From Felis catus (lineage: Eukaryota): DNA of 64,000 nucleotides. This document shows, in pieces, positions 1 through 13,061 of the stretch. The notes beneath the pieces are model-generated. The model saw only the letters and a list, made by a program, of their open reading frames with translations, searched no databases and was not told the origin of the DNA. The translations under genes and the position numbers were made by a program. The DNA lies in assembly GCF_018350175.1 (NCBI RefSeq), contig NC_058383.1, forward strand, positions 26,290,001 through 26,354,000. The letters run 5' to 3'. Positions within the stretch are counted from its first letter, which is position 1; each line of letters begins with the position of its first letter.

Positions 1-1266
1 TGATCCTCTCCCCAGGGAGTTCTATGGCTCTGGTGGTCAGGGAGGCACATGTGGTCCCCCAAGGAGTGAAGTCAGCCCAGACACAACTAACCCATTGTTA
101 ACCTGGGTGTGACCCTTGGGAGATACTTCCCTTCCTAATGTCTGACCTCACTTTTTAAATTGAGCTTTCCCTGTAGGAGCCCTTCCCCTTCTCCAGTTTT
201 CCATGCACGGTGGGCCTTCCCTCTACAAGACAGGATGAAGGCAGCTTAGGGAAGGCCTGCCATGCCAGGCAAGGGTGGGTAGTTATCCTGCAGGCAGTGG
301 GAGCCGTGGAAGACTTTTGAGCTGAGCGTTGGCATGCCTCGAACTTCCCATACCCTCACCCGGACAATGCTTGGCTTATAGAAATTTGCGCTCAATATAC
401 TTGATAGAATAAATGATCTATACAGTGTTTTTGGAAGAACTGAGTAAGTTTCCACTTTTTTAGCCTAGCCTCTTCTCCACTGCTCTGAAGCAATCTTCCA
501 CCCACCCTTTCTCTGCAGAATGATTTACGCTTATTTCTACTGATCCCCCATTTGCTTTATTCAGGAAGAGAGCAGCTCAAGCTTCCCAGATCTTATCTCT
601 GAACCCACAAATATCTTAAACAGTGGATAGTCTAGTGGGGTTTGATACTGGTCTTCACCCAAAGCTCTGTGGTTGGCCTTTGACTTTTTTTCCATGAAAA
701 CCTTCAAAGTTGATCAATTTTCATGGAATTAGAGCACTATAAAAGGCATTGATATCACAAGATACTAATACCTTCATCTGTCCTATGTTTAGTCTCCAGA
801 ACTCTGTGGGGTCAGAAATGGAATGATCAGGCGCCGTTTGGTGTAACAGAAAGAGTGGGAATTTTGCTCGCTGTCAGACATCATTCAGATCCCAGCTCTG
901 CCAATTATTAGCTATCTGGCCTGGGACGGTTTGCTGACTATCTCTTGGCCTTAGGTTTTTTTTCTTGAAAAGTGGGGGCTGCCTCTGTGTCTGGCTCACA
1001 GAGTTGTGAGGATGGTAAGGAAGACAGGTATTCAAGTGTTTAGGGCAGTGCTTGGCCAGATAGTAAAGGCTCAGAAAACAGAATAGTAATTGAATACCAT
1101 CGAGCAGCAAAAGCCCTAGTGATTGGGATTCCGCTCAGCAAGCAACGTGACTTTTTTGACCCAAGACCCATGAAAGATACTGGGGCTGTTTCTGGGCAAG
1201 GATGAGAACAAATACCGTGGGACATGCTTGAATAATGTGTATATTTTTTTAAGAATAAAACTCTTA

Positions 1267-1485
1267 TTTTTATTATTTTTTAATGTTTTATTTGTTTGTG
1301 AGAGAGAGAAAGACAGAGTGTGAGCAGGGGAGGGACAGAGAGAGAGGGAGACACAGAATCCAAAGCAGTCTCCAGGCTCTGAGCTCTCAGCCCAGAGCCC
1401 GATGTGGGGCTTGAACTCATGAACCATGAGATCATGACCTGAGCTGAAGTCGGATGCTTAACTGACTGAGCCACCCAGGCACCCC
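1267..1485 (-). mobile_element. Can-SINE (SINEC_Fc type)
   Basis: tRNA-derived head, (CT)n, A tail; TSD agaataaaa(c/a)tctta at 1252-1266 and 1486-1500. Confidence 0.93.
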
Positions 1486-2068
1486 AGAATAAAAATCTTA
1501 CAGTAAGAATCTATTTCTCCTCACAGAACTCTCCAGCCCCAGAGATATTTGGATTTGAGTTTGCCGGGGAAGGTGTTTTTGTATGTGTTAGTTTTCAATA
1601 CTGGGTAAGAGTGGGAGTGTGGGCAAAGGGGGAGAGGATGCAGGAGTGATTCAGAGGAGAGGAGTTACGAGAGTCCTTCAAGCAGGACAAGGAAAAAGAG
1701 ATTTGTATCACGAGGACAGGGCTGGCTTTAGTGACAGTGGTACGGCTCCTGTGCTCAAGAAGATCCTAAGCTTGGCTTGATGCCCTGTTGTCCTTGTCGT
1801 CTCGGGAGTTTTAATAATTTTGAACAAGGGTCCCCACATTTTCATTTTGCACAGAGCCCTGAAAATGATGCACAGCCAGTCCTGTATAAGCAGAAGGTGA
1901 GGAGCGGAGGGGGCTTGGCAGACACCGAGTGCCCACCCCCGTGGGCTAGCCGGCGACCATCACCTTGGGATCCCGTGCTTTCCCAGAATCATTCAATACT
2001 CGTAATTCCTCTTGAATGAAGAGAGAGGACACGGATGTGTATGGCGCTGTCTTTAAGAAGGGAAAATC

Positions 2069-2300
2069 GGGGCGCCTGGGTGACTCAGTCATTAAGCATC
2101 TGACTTCGGCTCGGGGCACGATCTCACAGTTTGTGAGTTCGAGTCCCACATCAGATGAGCTCAAGCCCCACTTCAGGTGAGTCCTGCTTCTCTCTCTCCC
2201 TCTCATTCTGTGCCCCTTGTGGGATTCTCTCTATTTCTCTCTGCCCCTCGCTCACTTGTGGCCCTCTCTCTCTCTCAAAAAAAAGAAAAAAAGAAAAGAA
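2069..2300 (+). mobile_element. Can-SINE
   Basis: ggggcgcctgggtgactcagtc head, CT-rich body, A-rich tail. Confidence 0.88.
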
Positions 2301-2916
2301 AATCTTGCTGCCCCTGGATATATTCAGGATGGATCTGAATATAACCAGGAGGGCATATCCCTATGAGCACCTGTTAGACCATCACCTACCTACTATGAAG
2401 TCCACTTTGGCTGTCCTTGGCCATGGGACATCCTGGCCTGTTACGATTTTTGTGCACACGAGAGTAATATAATGGTCATGCGGTGTTTGTCTTTTTACCC
2501 TCCCTATTTTCTTTGTGAGCTCTGCCCTTCTGTTTTCCACGTGTTGCCTGTGGTGCTGCCAATCACAGTGTGTCATCTCCCCGCTTAGACACGGGGACGT
2601 GAGCCAGGCTGGGCGGGTCAGAGTGCCCCGTCCCCCTTCACGTCTGCGACTGACTCACAGTGGCAGTTTAGGGGCTACCAAAGCTGAAGTTGCATTGTGA
2701 TGGACCTTACAGTCACCCAGAAACAGACTAATCAAGAGTACTTCGTGCTTCTAACAACCCCTGTAATGACAACGTAAGATGTTACTCCTACTGTTCCTAC
2801 TCCCTGCGTAAATGTGGGAGCTCTGATGTGCACAGATCCCTAGAGCTGGTGCAGTTCACTCAGTGGTGAAGTCAGACAACCAAAGGTCTGCAAACACTTC
2901 AAAAATGTCAGAATGT

Positions 2917-3140
2917 GGGGCTCCCGGGTGGCTCAGTCGGTTGAGTGTCTAACATTGGCTCAGGTCACGAACTTACAGTTCGTGGTTGGAGCCCTGCGTC
3001 AGGCTCTGTGCTGACAGCTCGGAGCCTGGAGCCTGTTTCAGATTCTGTGTCTCCCTCTCTTTTTGCCCCTCCCCCACTCATGCTCCGTCTGTCTCTCTCT
3101 CTCTCTCAAAAATAAATAAGCATTAAAAAAACTGTTTTTT
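2917..3140 (+). mobile_element. Can-SINE
   Basis: Typical head and tail; TSD tgtcagaatgt on both sides. Confidence 0.9.
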
Positions 3141-3384
3141 TAAGTGTCAGAATGTTATGACCCCTTTTACTGTCTTACTCAGGGCAGAAATAAGGCCTGT
3201 TTATAACCTTGATTTGTATTAATGGGAACACCAGTGGGGGCTATGCATTGATCTTTCATAGAAACATGTATCTAAAAAGTGAGGAAGTGTAATTCTTCAA
3301 GCGAATTTGAGAGAAGAGCCTGTAGACATAGAACAATAAGAAAAAGCCAAAAGGTTTTTTGAAAGCAAGAGCTTTCATTTTAAT

Positions 3385-3870
3385 TTCTTTTTAAAAATAG
3401 CTTTGTTGACATGTAATTTACATACCATAAAACTCACCCATTTTGAGTGTACAATTCAATGATTTCCAGCAATTCACAGAGTCATGCCTCCATCACCACA
3501 AAAACAGTTTTCGAACATTTCCGTCACCCCCCAAAACTCTCTGCATCCATTCCCCACTCCCAGCCCCCAGGCCCCCAGCCCCAGGCAACCACAAATCTCC
3601 TTTCTGTCTCTACAGATTTGCCCTTTCTGGACATCTCATCCGAATGGAGTCATACCACACGTGGTCTTTCTTGTCTGGCTCCTTTCACTGAGTAAAATGT
3701 TTTTGAGGTTACCCACGTTGTGGCATGTTCCTTTCTTTTTATTGCTGTAAAGTATTCCATTGTGTGGCTATACCACATTTTGTTTATCCATTCACCCATC
3801 GATGGGCACTTGGATGGTTCCCACTTTGAGGCAATTATGGATAATGCTGCTGTGAATGTTCACATACAAG
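3385..3870 (-). mobile_element. Old L1 (L1M-type) 3' end fragment
   Basis: Resembles an L1MA/MB 3' UTR (agtattccattgtgtggctataccacattttgtttatccattc...gctgctgtgaatgttc). Confidence 0.8.
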
Positions 3871-4239
3871 CTGCCATTCAGGGCGATGGCTCTTTAGATG
3901 ATGCTGAATGCCTCTTCACCTCGAACAAGCTCTTTCTTGGAAGAGTACTAGGCCTCCAAGAGCCTTGCTTTGAAACATGGATAAAGAGTTAAACCTCACA
4001 TGCTCCCCTGAGAAGGCAAAATTGCTCCCAGGGGGTGTCAGCAGGTCTCAGTTTCTATACAGGACATGTCCCCGTGTCTCTCTTAACGAGATGGGGCAAG
4101 ACTCAGGTGGGGCCATTAGTTCCTCCCTGGCTTGATACATATGGACGTCTGGAAAAATCTCATTGGTCAGTGGGGTGGCTAGGCTGAGAAAATGTAAAGT
4201 TGTCTCTTCTCTGTGGAAGGCAGATATTGTTAGCAAAGT

Positions 4240-5590
4240 CCATTCATTCATTCAGCAATACTACTGAGTGCCTTCTACATGCTAGGTACTGTTCTAGGTA
4301 TTAAGGATACAGGTGTGGGAGAAACAGACTAAAAAAAAAAAAAAAAACCCACAAAAAGCCCCCCTCAGCTCATACAGCTCACTTCTAGTTGGGGAGACAG
4401 ACCATAAAAAATAGGCAAGATGTAAGGTATGTCGCATGGTGATCTGTGTTATAGAGAAAATTAAGCAAGGAAGGTGAACAGAGTTCCTGGGAGAGGCAAG
4501 AGGTTGCTATTTTGAAGAGGAAAGTTGAGGAAGAGCAGATTGAAAAGGTGACATTTGAGCAAAACCTAAAGGACGTTGTATTGTCTGAAGCTATCTAACA
4601 AATTACCACAGACTTAGCTGCTTAAAATAACCCATATTTATTATCTCACAGTTTCGATGGGCCAGGAGTCTGGGCATGACTGAGCTGGGTCCTCTGCTTC
4701 AGGGTCTCCCACAAGTCTGTAGTCAAGAGGTCAGCTGGGCTGGCATCTCACCTGAAGGTTCAACCAGGGAAGTATCCATTTTATTTTATTTTTTATGTTT
4801 ATTTGTTTTGAAAGAGAGTGAGTACGTGTGAGCAGGGGAGGGGCAGAGGGAGAGGGGGAGAGAGAATCCCAAGTAGGCTCTGTGCTGTCAGTGAAGAGCC
4901 CTGTCTAGGGCTTGAACTCACAAACTGTGAGATCATGACCTGAGCCGAAATCAAGAGTTGGGCAATTAACCAACGGAGCCACCCATGTGCCCCTGTTGTC
5001 AGAATTTTAGCTCCTCTAGGACTATTGGACTGGAGTGGGGCAGGGGAGGGGGTGTCTCAGTTTCTAGCTGGGGGCATCCTTATCTCCTGGCCATGTGGGT
5101 CTCTCCAACATGGAAGCTTGCGTCATGCAGAAAGAGCCAGCTACCAAGACAGAAATTACTGCCTTATGTAACCTAATCACAGAAGTGACATCTCATCACC
5201 TATGATAAGTTCTGCCCATATTGAATGGGAGGATTTTATGCAAGGATGTCAATACCAGAGGCAGAATCATTATGGGCCATCTCGTAGGCTGCCTGCATAG
5301 AGGTGAACGAGTGAGCAAGCCAAGGGGGAGCTCAGAGGGAGGAGTGTAACAGGAGGAAGAACCAAGTGCAAAGGCCCTGGGGCAGGAACTTGTTTGGGGT
5401 GTTCAAGAAACAGTGAGGAGGTCATTGTGTCTGGAGTGGAATGTGCAAGGGGTAGGGAAGCAGAGGTGAGGACAGCGGGGGAGCTAATGAGGGGCCAGGT
5501 TATGTGGGACCTTTTTAACTTTTACCTTAGATGAGAGTTGCTGGAGGGTTTCAGGTGGAGGAATGACATGAGCTGGCATTTGTTCTGGAT
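4240..5590. mobile_element. L2 interrupted by an MLT1 (MaLR) LTR (~4577-5300), which is itself interrupted by a Can-SINE (4779-4993, minus)
   Basis: L2 motifs (cattcattcattcagcaatactactgagtgcc; gtgcaaaggccctggggcagg) flank MLT1 motifs (aacaaattaccacagacttagc...atttattatctcacagtt). Confidence 0.75.
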
Positions 5591-5594
5591 CCTC

Positions 5595-6170
5595 GATCCT
5601 CCAAGTGTGGTCTGTGGACCACTCTTAAAGGCTGTTAGAAATGTGGAATCTTAGGATCTACTGCCCCAGACCTGATGAGTCAGGGACTGCATTTAACAAG
5701 ATCCCCAGGTGATGGGGCACCTAGGTGGCTCAGTCGGTTGACCATCCAACTTTGGCTCAGGTCATGATCTTGGGTTCTTGAGTTCCTGAGCTTGAACCCC
5801 ATGTGGGGATCTCTGATGCCAGTGCAGAGCCCGCTTTGGATTCTCTGACCCCCTCTCTCTGCCCCTCCCCAACTTGCGCTCTCTCAAAAATAAAAACTAA
5901 AACATTAAAAAACAAAACAAGAACATAAGATCCCCAGGTGAGTGGAATGCACAGTGAAGTTGGAAACTTAGTGGTTCTCACCCTTCAGCCAGCATCAGAA
6001 TTACCTGGATGGAGTGTTTGTTGAAACACAGCTTGCTGGTCCCCCTCCCCCAACCTGCAGAGTTTCTGATTCACTAGGTGCAGGGTGGGGACTGAGAGTC
6101 CGCATTTCTAGCAAGGTCCCAAGCTGCTGATGTTGGTGGACCAGGGACCATGCTTTGAGAACCACTGGTC
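5595..6170. mobile_element. Two MER5-type hAT DNA transposon remnants; the first is interrupted by a Can-SINE (5714-5927, plus)
   Basis: MER5 motifs; SINE TSD aagatccccaggtga; second copy bounded by tagtggttctca...tttgagaaccactg. Confidence 0.78.
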
Positions 6171-6399
6171 TACAGTGTGCCTGGCACCAGGGCGCAGGGC
6201 TGAGGAAGGACAGAATCTTTCCTTTGAAGCTGTCCAGAGCATCAGACCCTGCTGCTGGCCTCTGGGGGAAGATGACACATCAGACTCAAAGCTCTTTCCT
6301 TGTCATAAGTCCTACGAAGGTGGATTTTATATGCTGCCCCTTAAAACCACATCTGTGCCATCACACTCGTGTCTCCCCTGGCTCTCTGTTCTGTTTGTG

Positions 6400-6560
6400 C
6401 AGTTAAATCCCATCTCTGTTTCTCCTGTATGTGGTGCAGAGAGGGAACAGGTGGTCACCAGTGCCCTGCTAATAGCTCTTCAGATGTTTGCAGCCCATTA
6501 TTAAATCGCCCTCAGAGTTTCCTTCTTGAAGACTAAATAATTAGCTACCCTTTTCTGAAT
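6400..6560 (-). mobile_element. L3/CR1 LINE fragment
   Basis: gaacaggtggtcacc...cttcagatgtttgcagcccattattaaatcgccctcag...gactaaataa resembles the recalled L3 consensus. Confidence 0.5.
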
Positions 6561-6949
6561 CATGGGGTGGAGAGGTGAATGTAGTCACCAGCCTCAGACG
6601 GGGGCATATGTGGTAGAAATTCTTGAACCAGTGTGGGGGCTGGAGGTAAGACGGGGTGAGCGTTGCAAAAGCTAGGCCATCAGACTCCTTCATTTCGGCA
6701 AGATCCTTGGAAGTGATGCCAGCAGGCAGCATACAAGATGACAGGTCTAGTGCCATGCAGAGATCAGCTGGAGGTGAAGTGTCACCGGTGAGCCAGACAT
6801 CTTCAGGGGCTATGGGCACTGTCAGGTGCACCCCTGCCCCGGTGCAATCCCCCACCCTGACTCATTCCAGCCAACGGATTGGCACCGGTGGTGATCGTCC
6901 TCCTAGGCAGGAGGCGTGCAAGCATCACAAAGATGATGTCCTGGCATGC

Positions 6950-7146
6950 CAAGGTCAAGGTCAAACTGTGGACCACCTGCATCAGCATCTCCTGGGAGGC
7001 TTGTTAGGAAATGCAGACCTGCAGACTGCGTCCTCCACCCACTGCATCAGAACGTCTGGGTGAGGAGTCTGAGAATAGGGATGTTAATCAAACACCATCC
7101 CCCGCCCCCCACGTCCATGCACAGTCAAGTTTGAGAATGACTGCTA
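6950..7146. mobile_element. MER5A-like DNA transposon
   Basis: gcatcagcatctcctgggaggcttgttaggaaatgcaga...agtttgagaatgactg. Confidence 0.7.
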
Positions 7147-9313
7147 GTGTGTGATGTGGCTTTCTCTCCTCCGAGTGTTGGCCACCAACAAGAAAGAGAA
7201 AACCGTCTAGGGTAAGTAAAGCACCTAGTACAGGTATTAGTAATAAAAGCAACTTTGTGTGGTTGTTTCTATTTTGAAAACCAAAAATAGTGATAGCTAG
7301 AATTTCTGGAGCAGATCCTCAGTGATGGGCACCGTGCCAAGGGGTGGATATAGACTGGCCTGTAGAGTCCTCACCTCCATGAAATAGTGGCTGCTAGTAT
7401 CCCATTCAGTGAAGAGGGAGCTGAGATGCAGAATTGTCTCAAGTCCCATGGCTGCTAAGTGGCAGGTGTCATGATTTAGTCCCAGTCCTGGCTGATCCTA
7501 GAGGCCAGGATTTTAACCTCCACTTTGTCCCTTCCTTCTCCCTAACCCACATTTCCATCCAACTCTAAAACAGAATAAGAGGCCCACAGCCACAGATTCA
7601 ATGTTATGGGAGAAAGAAACAGAGAACCACTCACTGTGAACCCACGCTAGTGTTTCACATACATTTTTCTCATTTGCTTGACTCCACACCAGCCCTCAGA
7701 GGGAAGTATTATACCCATTCTGCTGGTAAGGAAAACTGAGGCTTCCAGGGATTAAGGGGCTTGCCTAAGGCCACACAGCTATTATGTAGACAAGGCTGGA
7801 CTGGACTCCAGATTCTTGTGATCATCAAACCACACTGCCCTTTGGTAAAGATGGAGAAGAAAGGGGTCCAGCTCCTTACATGGGATTACTTGGTCATGTC
7901 AGCCCTGGAGCTCATACTTAACAGGTGGCTGCCCTTCCTGTTGCCAGACCAGCGATTTAATTAGCCCAGAGCCTTCTTACTTCCCCAGAGTTCAGAAACA
8001 CTGCCCAGGGTTACAGGCACAGCTAAAACAGGATCTGAATGGCATGTTCGGGAAGCCGTATAATTAAAACTGACTTAGGAGACAAGTACCGTCAGCCTGT
8101 TTGGCAGAAATAGAAAGTCACCTAACCAGAATGTGTATTGCCTATATGGTTGCCAGAGACTGCTTTTTGCTGTTCTGGCACTTTTTAATTACAATAGATA
8201 CCCTGAGGTCTGTGGTTTGCACGGCCATTTCTAACTACCTTCTGAAGGACCCTGAAGAGCAAACCATTATTATGCGTCTGCCATCTGGGGTTGGGTCTTG
8301 ATGAGGCGCCAGGTTCCTCTAAGAGGCTGTAGACTGAGGTGAGCCCACAAGCGCCCCCAGGAGGTGGCTGAAGCCTTAACTCTTCCACTTATCTGAGCCC
8401 CGTTCTCTGTTAGGAGGGTCTGAACTGTTTTAGGGAACCCGATCTTCTCCCTCTCCACGTGGTCTTTGTGAGATGGTGGCTCACGACCTCTGCGCACCTG
8501 ATCCAGGTGGACGCAAGCAGCGTGCTGGCTCCTTTGGACACAGTGCTTGGTCCAGAGGTAGGCACTTAACCCAAGCAGGACCACTTAGAGTTTTTCCTTA
8601 AGATTTCATTAAAAGTCCCGCTTACTTTTGGAGCATAAGCTATTAAGATCTAAACTCAAGTGCACTAATGGCCATCTTCCTGCCATGTGAAGCAAACCTA
8701 TCCCAGGGAAAAAAAAAAGTCCAGTGTTCAGAGAAAAGCTGTGAAGAGGTGCGATATGGAGACAGTGAGTCCTTATGACTTCTTTTGCATCTCTAATCCA
8801 GCCCTGACACTAGGATTTGCCCTTGGACTTCCCAGTTAATGAGCCCATAAGTTCTTTCTTGTTGGATGGAATTGAGTTTCTTCCAGGAACCCTATATAAT
8901 ACATATCTGAGATCAACATACCCAAATATAAAACCCCAACTACTCCCCCAGCAAACCTGCCTTCCTCCAGCCTCCCCTGCCTTCCAGAACCTCATCACTG
9001 CTTATTCAGTTACAGCCATCGGTTCATTGCCATGACCATTGTTCAGTCTCGAATCACCTCATACCTGGATTGCTACAACATCCTCCCTGCCTCCAGGCTT
9101 GTGTACCACATGTCCACAGACACACACACACACACCCCTGCCAAAATCTTTCTGGGCCTGACCCTGCTCTTCAACGGGCTAACTTACCAGTTTGCCAGGC
9201 ATCTGGCCTCTCCTACATGTTAACCCCACCGGGCAACACTCTCCCTTTGCTCCAGCCAGACAACTACGTGGCAGTTTTGACTCTCACCTCTAAGCTAATG
9301 AACTTGCCACTTG

Positions 9314-10290
9314 CGGGGGGGTTCCTAATCCCTTCTGTGCCATGGACCCCCTGCTAGTCTTTTGAAGTCTGTAGACCCCATCTCAGAATAATGTCTTTAA
9401 ATCATAGAGTGGAATACATAGGATTATAGGGAAATGATATAATTCTTTTTTTAATGTTTATTTGTTTATATATGTATTTATTTTCATTTACTTCATTTTG
9501 AGAGAGCACAACAGTGGGGAAGGGGCAGAAAGAAAGGGAGAGAGAGAATCCCAAGCAGGCTCTGCACAGAGCCCGACGTGGATCTCAATCTCACCAACCA
9601 TGAGACCATGACCTGAGCCCAAATCAAGGGTCGGACACTTAACTGACTGAGCCACCCAGGTGCCCCTGAAATGATTCTTTTTTTTTTTTTTTAATTTTTT
9701 TTTCAATGTTTATTTATTTTTGGGACAGAGAGAGACAGAGCATGAACGGGGGAGGAGCAGAGAGAGAGGGAGACACAGAATCGGAAACAGGCTCCAGGCT
9801 CTGAGCCATCAGCCCAGAGCCCGACGCGGGGCTTGAACTCACGGACCGCGAGATCGTGACCTGGCTGAAGTCGGACGCTTAACCGACTGCGCCACCCAGG
9901 CGCCCCAGCCCCTGAAATGATTCTAATGAAACACACTTATCAAAAATTTAAAACGAATTTAAATATGGTAATGTATGTGATTCTTCATTAATGCATTCAA
10001 TAGAAAGACCTACTGGTTGTGATTTTCAAGCAGTAAAGAATGTAAATAAAATTTCAAGTTATTCACAACAACTGTAATGTGAGGTGAATATACCTGATTT
10101 CTATTGACTTCTATTTCTATCGGTGACAAACCCAGGTAAAAGTTAAGATTGTCGTGGTTTGCTGCCTGCATCCATAATGAAAGGAGATAATGGATCGCAC
10201 GCAGAGGTTGTTGACAAGGGAGATGTAACTCTTTTCTTTCCTAAGTTCAGGGACCCCGCAGAATTCCGAACTGGGGGTTTTCCCACCGAG
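9314..10290. mobile_element. MER119-like hAT-Charlie element interrupted by two tandem Can-SINEs (9445-9666 and 9679-9906, both minus)
   Basis: ggggttcctaatcccttctgtgccatggacccc...ctcagaataatgtc; the element resumes after the SINEs. Confidence 0.7.
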
Positions 10291-12637
10291 ACCCGGGTGG
10301 GGGCCAGCTGCCTTGTCCTAACAGGCACAGCCTTGGTCTGAGTCCAGATTATACCTCAAAGCCCAGACTACAGGTCCCTGTGAAGAGCAGGGAGAGGCTC
10401 ACAGAGCGGGGGACCCGGAAAGCCAGTCTTGGAGTGACGTCTGACGAATGACTTCGAGCTGACTTCTTGTTCATGCTTTCTTTGGAGGCAGAATGGCACA
10501 GCTGTGAGGAGCCGGGCCTTGAGAGTTAAATTAAAATAACTGCCTGCATTGGAGGAGGGGTGCTTGGTTTTCTCAGACAGTTTTAAGTCTTTAGGGATTA
10601 AGGGATCAAACCAACCCCAAGGGTTTCCTCCCCCTTCCCCCAATACCCAGCACTGTGAGGCAGTATGGTGTGGCGGCTAGGGGAAGGATTCTGGTGTAGG
10701 CTGTCAGGGTTTGAGGCTCAGCTCCTCATTGCCAGTACCCCCGGGGCAAGTTACCTCACCGCTTTCAACCTCCTCCAGTCTCATCTAGAGAGAGTAATCT
10801 CATCTAGAGATAGTAACAGAGCTCACCTCATGGTTATCAGAACTGAAAGTTGTACTTGTGTAAAAGGTTTAAAGCGGAGCCTGGCACACGGTCTCAGAAA
10901 GGTTAGCTATTCTTCCTGGGAACACTTGGCAAACGCTGTCACCTCTCTTAAGTCCCCCAACCCCCCGCTCCCCCGCCCAAACGCCCACCCCGGTAGACAG
11001 CCCTTCTCTGTGAAGCCCTCTCCCCCCAAGCACCGTTTCCATCCAGCGCTGAAGAAACATTATAGATAAATACCATTAAGTGGTCAGGAGCGCACACTGT
11101 GCGGATTCAAAGGCCAGTGCGTGTAGCTACCAGCTGTAGCTGGAGGGGATCTACCTCACTGCACCCCGGTTTCCTCATCTGGGAACCGGGGGCAACTGCA
11201 CACCCCACTCAAACGGTTAAGAGGAGTCAACAGCAACAGCAGAAACTACCGAGCGCCTACTCTGGCCAGGCGCTGTGCTTGACGCATAGCGAGCAAGGCA
11301 GAGGACGATGAAACGCAGTCACGCCTGTGAAGTGTTGAGCACAGTGCCTGCCGGATTACAAACGCTGGGCACTTTGCATGCCACGTGCTTCGAATGAAAT
11401 ATTACATACTAACAAATGTAAACCTGTTAGATTTTTACAAAGAATATATACACATGTGCACATTACACCTTTTGTTTATGACTTGCACGTTCATTCCCTC
11501 AGCTGGCCCTGGAGAAAAGGCAGGGCAGACAGAGATTTTAAGCCATTTTTACTGATGAAAAGACAGAGGAGTTGATAAACGGGAGACGGCTGGGGATTTT
11601 AAAAAGAGAACCGGCGGAGGGCAATGTTCCACTTCAAATCCCTCTGTGCAGAGTGGGCCCCAATTCTGTGGCCCCGGGGTGGGAGAACCGGCTCCGGGGA
11701 GGAATCCAGGCCCTGGGCGCCCCAGAGACGCGAGCAAGCGGGACAGGATGGACACGCCCGAGGGCGCACGCTTGCTGGCGCGGAGCTTCGAGCCGGCAGA
11801 GGCGCGCACGTCGCGGGCGCGACGCTGGGTGGCGCTGCCGGGCCGCCCCGCGCCAGACCTGTTGAGCCGAGGGCGCAACTCGGGCAGGTTTAGGGCAAAG
11901 GGGCGCTCCGCTCTCTTCGCACGCCCCTGCGGCCCCGGCCGCAGCACCTCCCTCGGGGTGCCCCACACCCCACCTTATCTTAAGGCTCCGGTTCATTTGG
12001 CCCCTGCGTTCCTCGCCGCAACAGTTCTAGGCTCGTCGGGTGGGGCGGGAATAAAGTTTGTCCGAGCTGGACTGGGAGAGGGGTGGTGGGGAGGACCCTC
12101 CCCGCTCCAGACTCCATGGCGGGCAGGACTGTGCCCCCTCGGCTTCAAGGCTGTCCCGGGGGCTCTGCTCTCGGTAGGTGCCAGCCCGCGTGCCGACCGG
12201 ATGGGCTGACCCGCGCACCGCCCCCTCCCACCCGCTTCCCCATCCCCTCCCCCGCCTCTGGCGCGTACCGGCCCCGGCGTCTCCAGCCCCGCCTGCGCCG
12301 GGGTCGCTGCAGTCCCCGCGGCCGCCCCGGGCTCCCTCCCCAGGCGCCCCGGCCTCATTCCAGCCAGGGGAGCGCCTCGGGGGGAGCGCCGGACAGCGAG
12401 GGTGGCCGAGGCGGGGGCTCCAGGCGCCCTTGCTCTCCCAACCTGGGAGGCGGCCCCGACTCCGAGAGCCTGAACGCAGGGAAAGGCAAGGACGGGGCGG
12501 CCGGCGGAGGGGCGGGCGCCGCTCATCAGCCACGCCAGTCACGTCTGGGGCCACCCGGCTGCCTTTTTCTTCCTTTCCCCCTTCGCCTTCTCCCCCCACT
12601 CCCCTGTTGGCGAGGGCAAAGTGGCCGTGGCGGCGCC

Positions 12638-12655
12638 ATGCCCGGGCCGGAGTGA
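12638..12655 (+). promoter_or_regulatory. uORF MPGPE* in the SYT17 5' UTR
   Basis: gcgccATG CCC GGG CCG GAG TGA ends 14 nt upstream of the main ATG at 12670. Confidence 0.6.
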
Positions 12656-12669
12656 GCGCGAGGGCGAAA

Positions 12670-12684
12670 ATGGCGTACATCCAG
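12670..12684 (+). CDS. SYT17: Synaptotagmin-17 coding exon 1 (MAYIQ)
   Basis: cgaaaATGGCGTACATCCAG|gtaggg inside the CpG island; strong Kozak context (-3 A, +4 G); matches the recalled SYT17 N-terminus; phase 0 donor. Confidence 0.93.
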
Positions 12685-13061
12685 GTAGGGCTGAGGCTGG
12701 GGGGCAAGGTCCGCGGTGCGGGTGGGGGGTGCCGCGCCCCCTCCGGCTGTGAGCCCGCCAAGGGAGGGCACACGGCTGGGCTCCCACAAACTTGCCTCGA
12801 GAAAAAGGGTGCCCGAGGGCACGCAACCTGTGCAGCGGTGGGGTACGCCCCAGGAGAAGGGGCTGGGGACCCCCACACCCGGGGATGAACGGCCCCTGCG
12901 GACTCTGCACGGGCGCCCTCTCCTCCTAGGGAGGGAATGGGATTGGGGCGGACTTTTCAGCACCCCCCCCACCCCACCCCCTCCCCTTGCACCCCACCCC
13001 TGGGGAGGGGCCGCCGGGAGGGCGGCCCGGGACGCGCCAGCCGCCCGGCCCGCCAGCTGCC

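Noticed and set aside
2069..2150. tRNA-like A/B boxes
   Set aside because: SINE heads, not tRNA genes; no complete cloverleaf, followed by CT repeat and poly-A
10779..10816. 19-bp tandem duplication tctcatctagaga(g/t)agtaa
   Set aside because: Small slippage duplication inside a MIR remnant; no functional indication
12956..12966. REST/NRSE left half-site TTCAGCACC
   Set aside because: No GGACAG right half at canonical spacing
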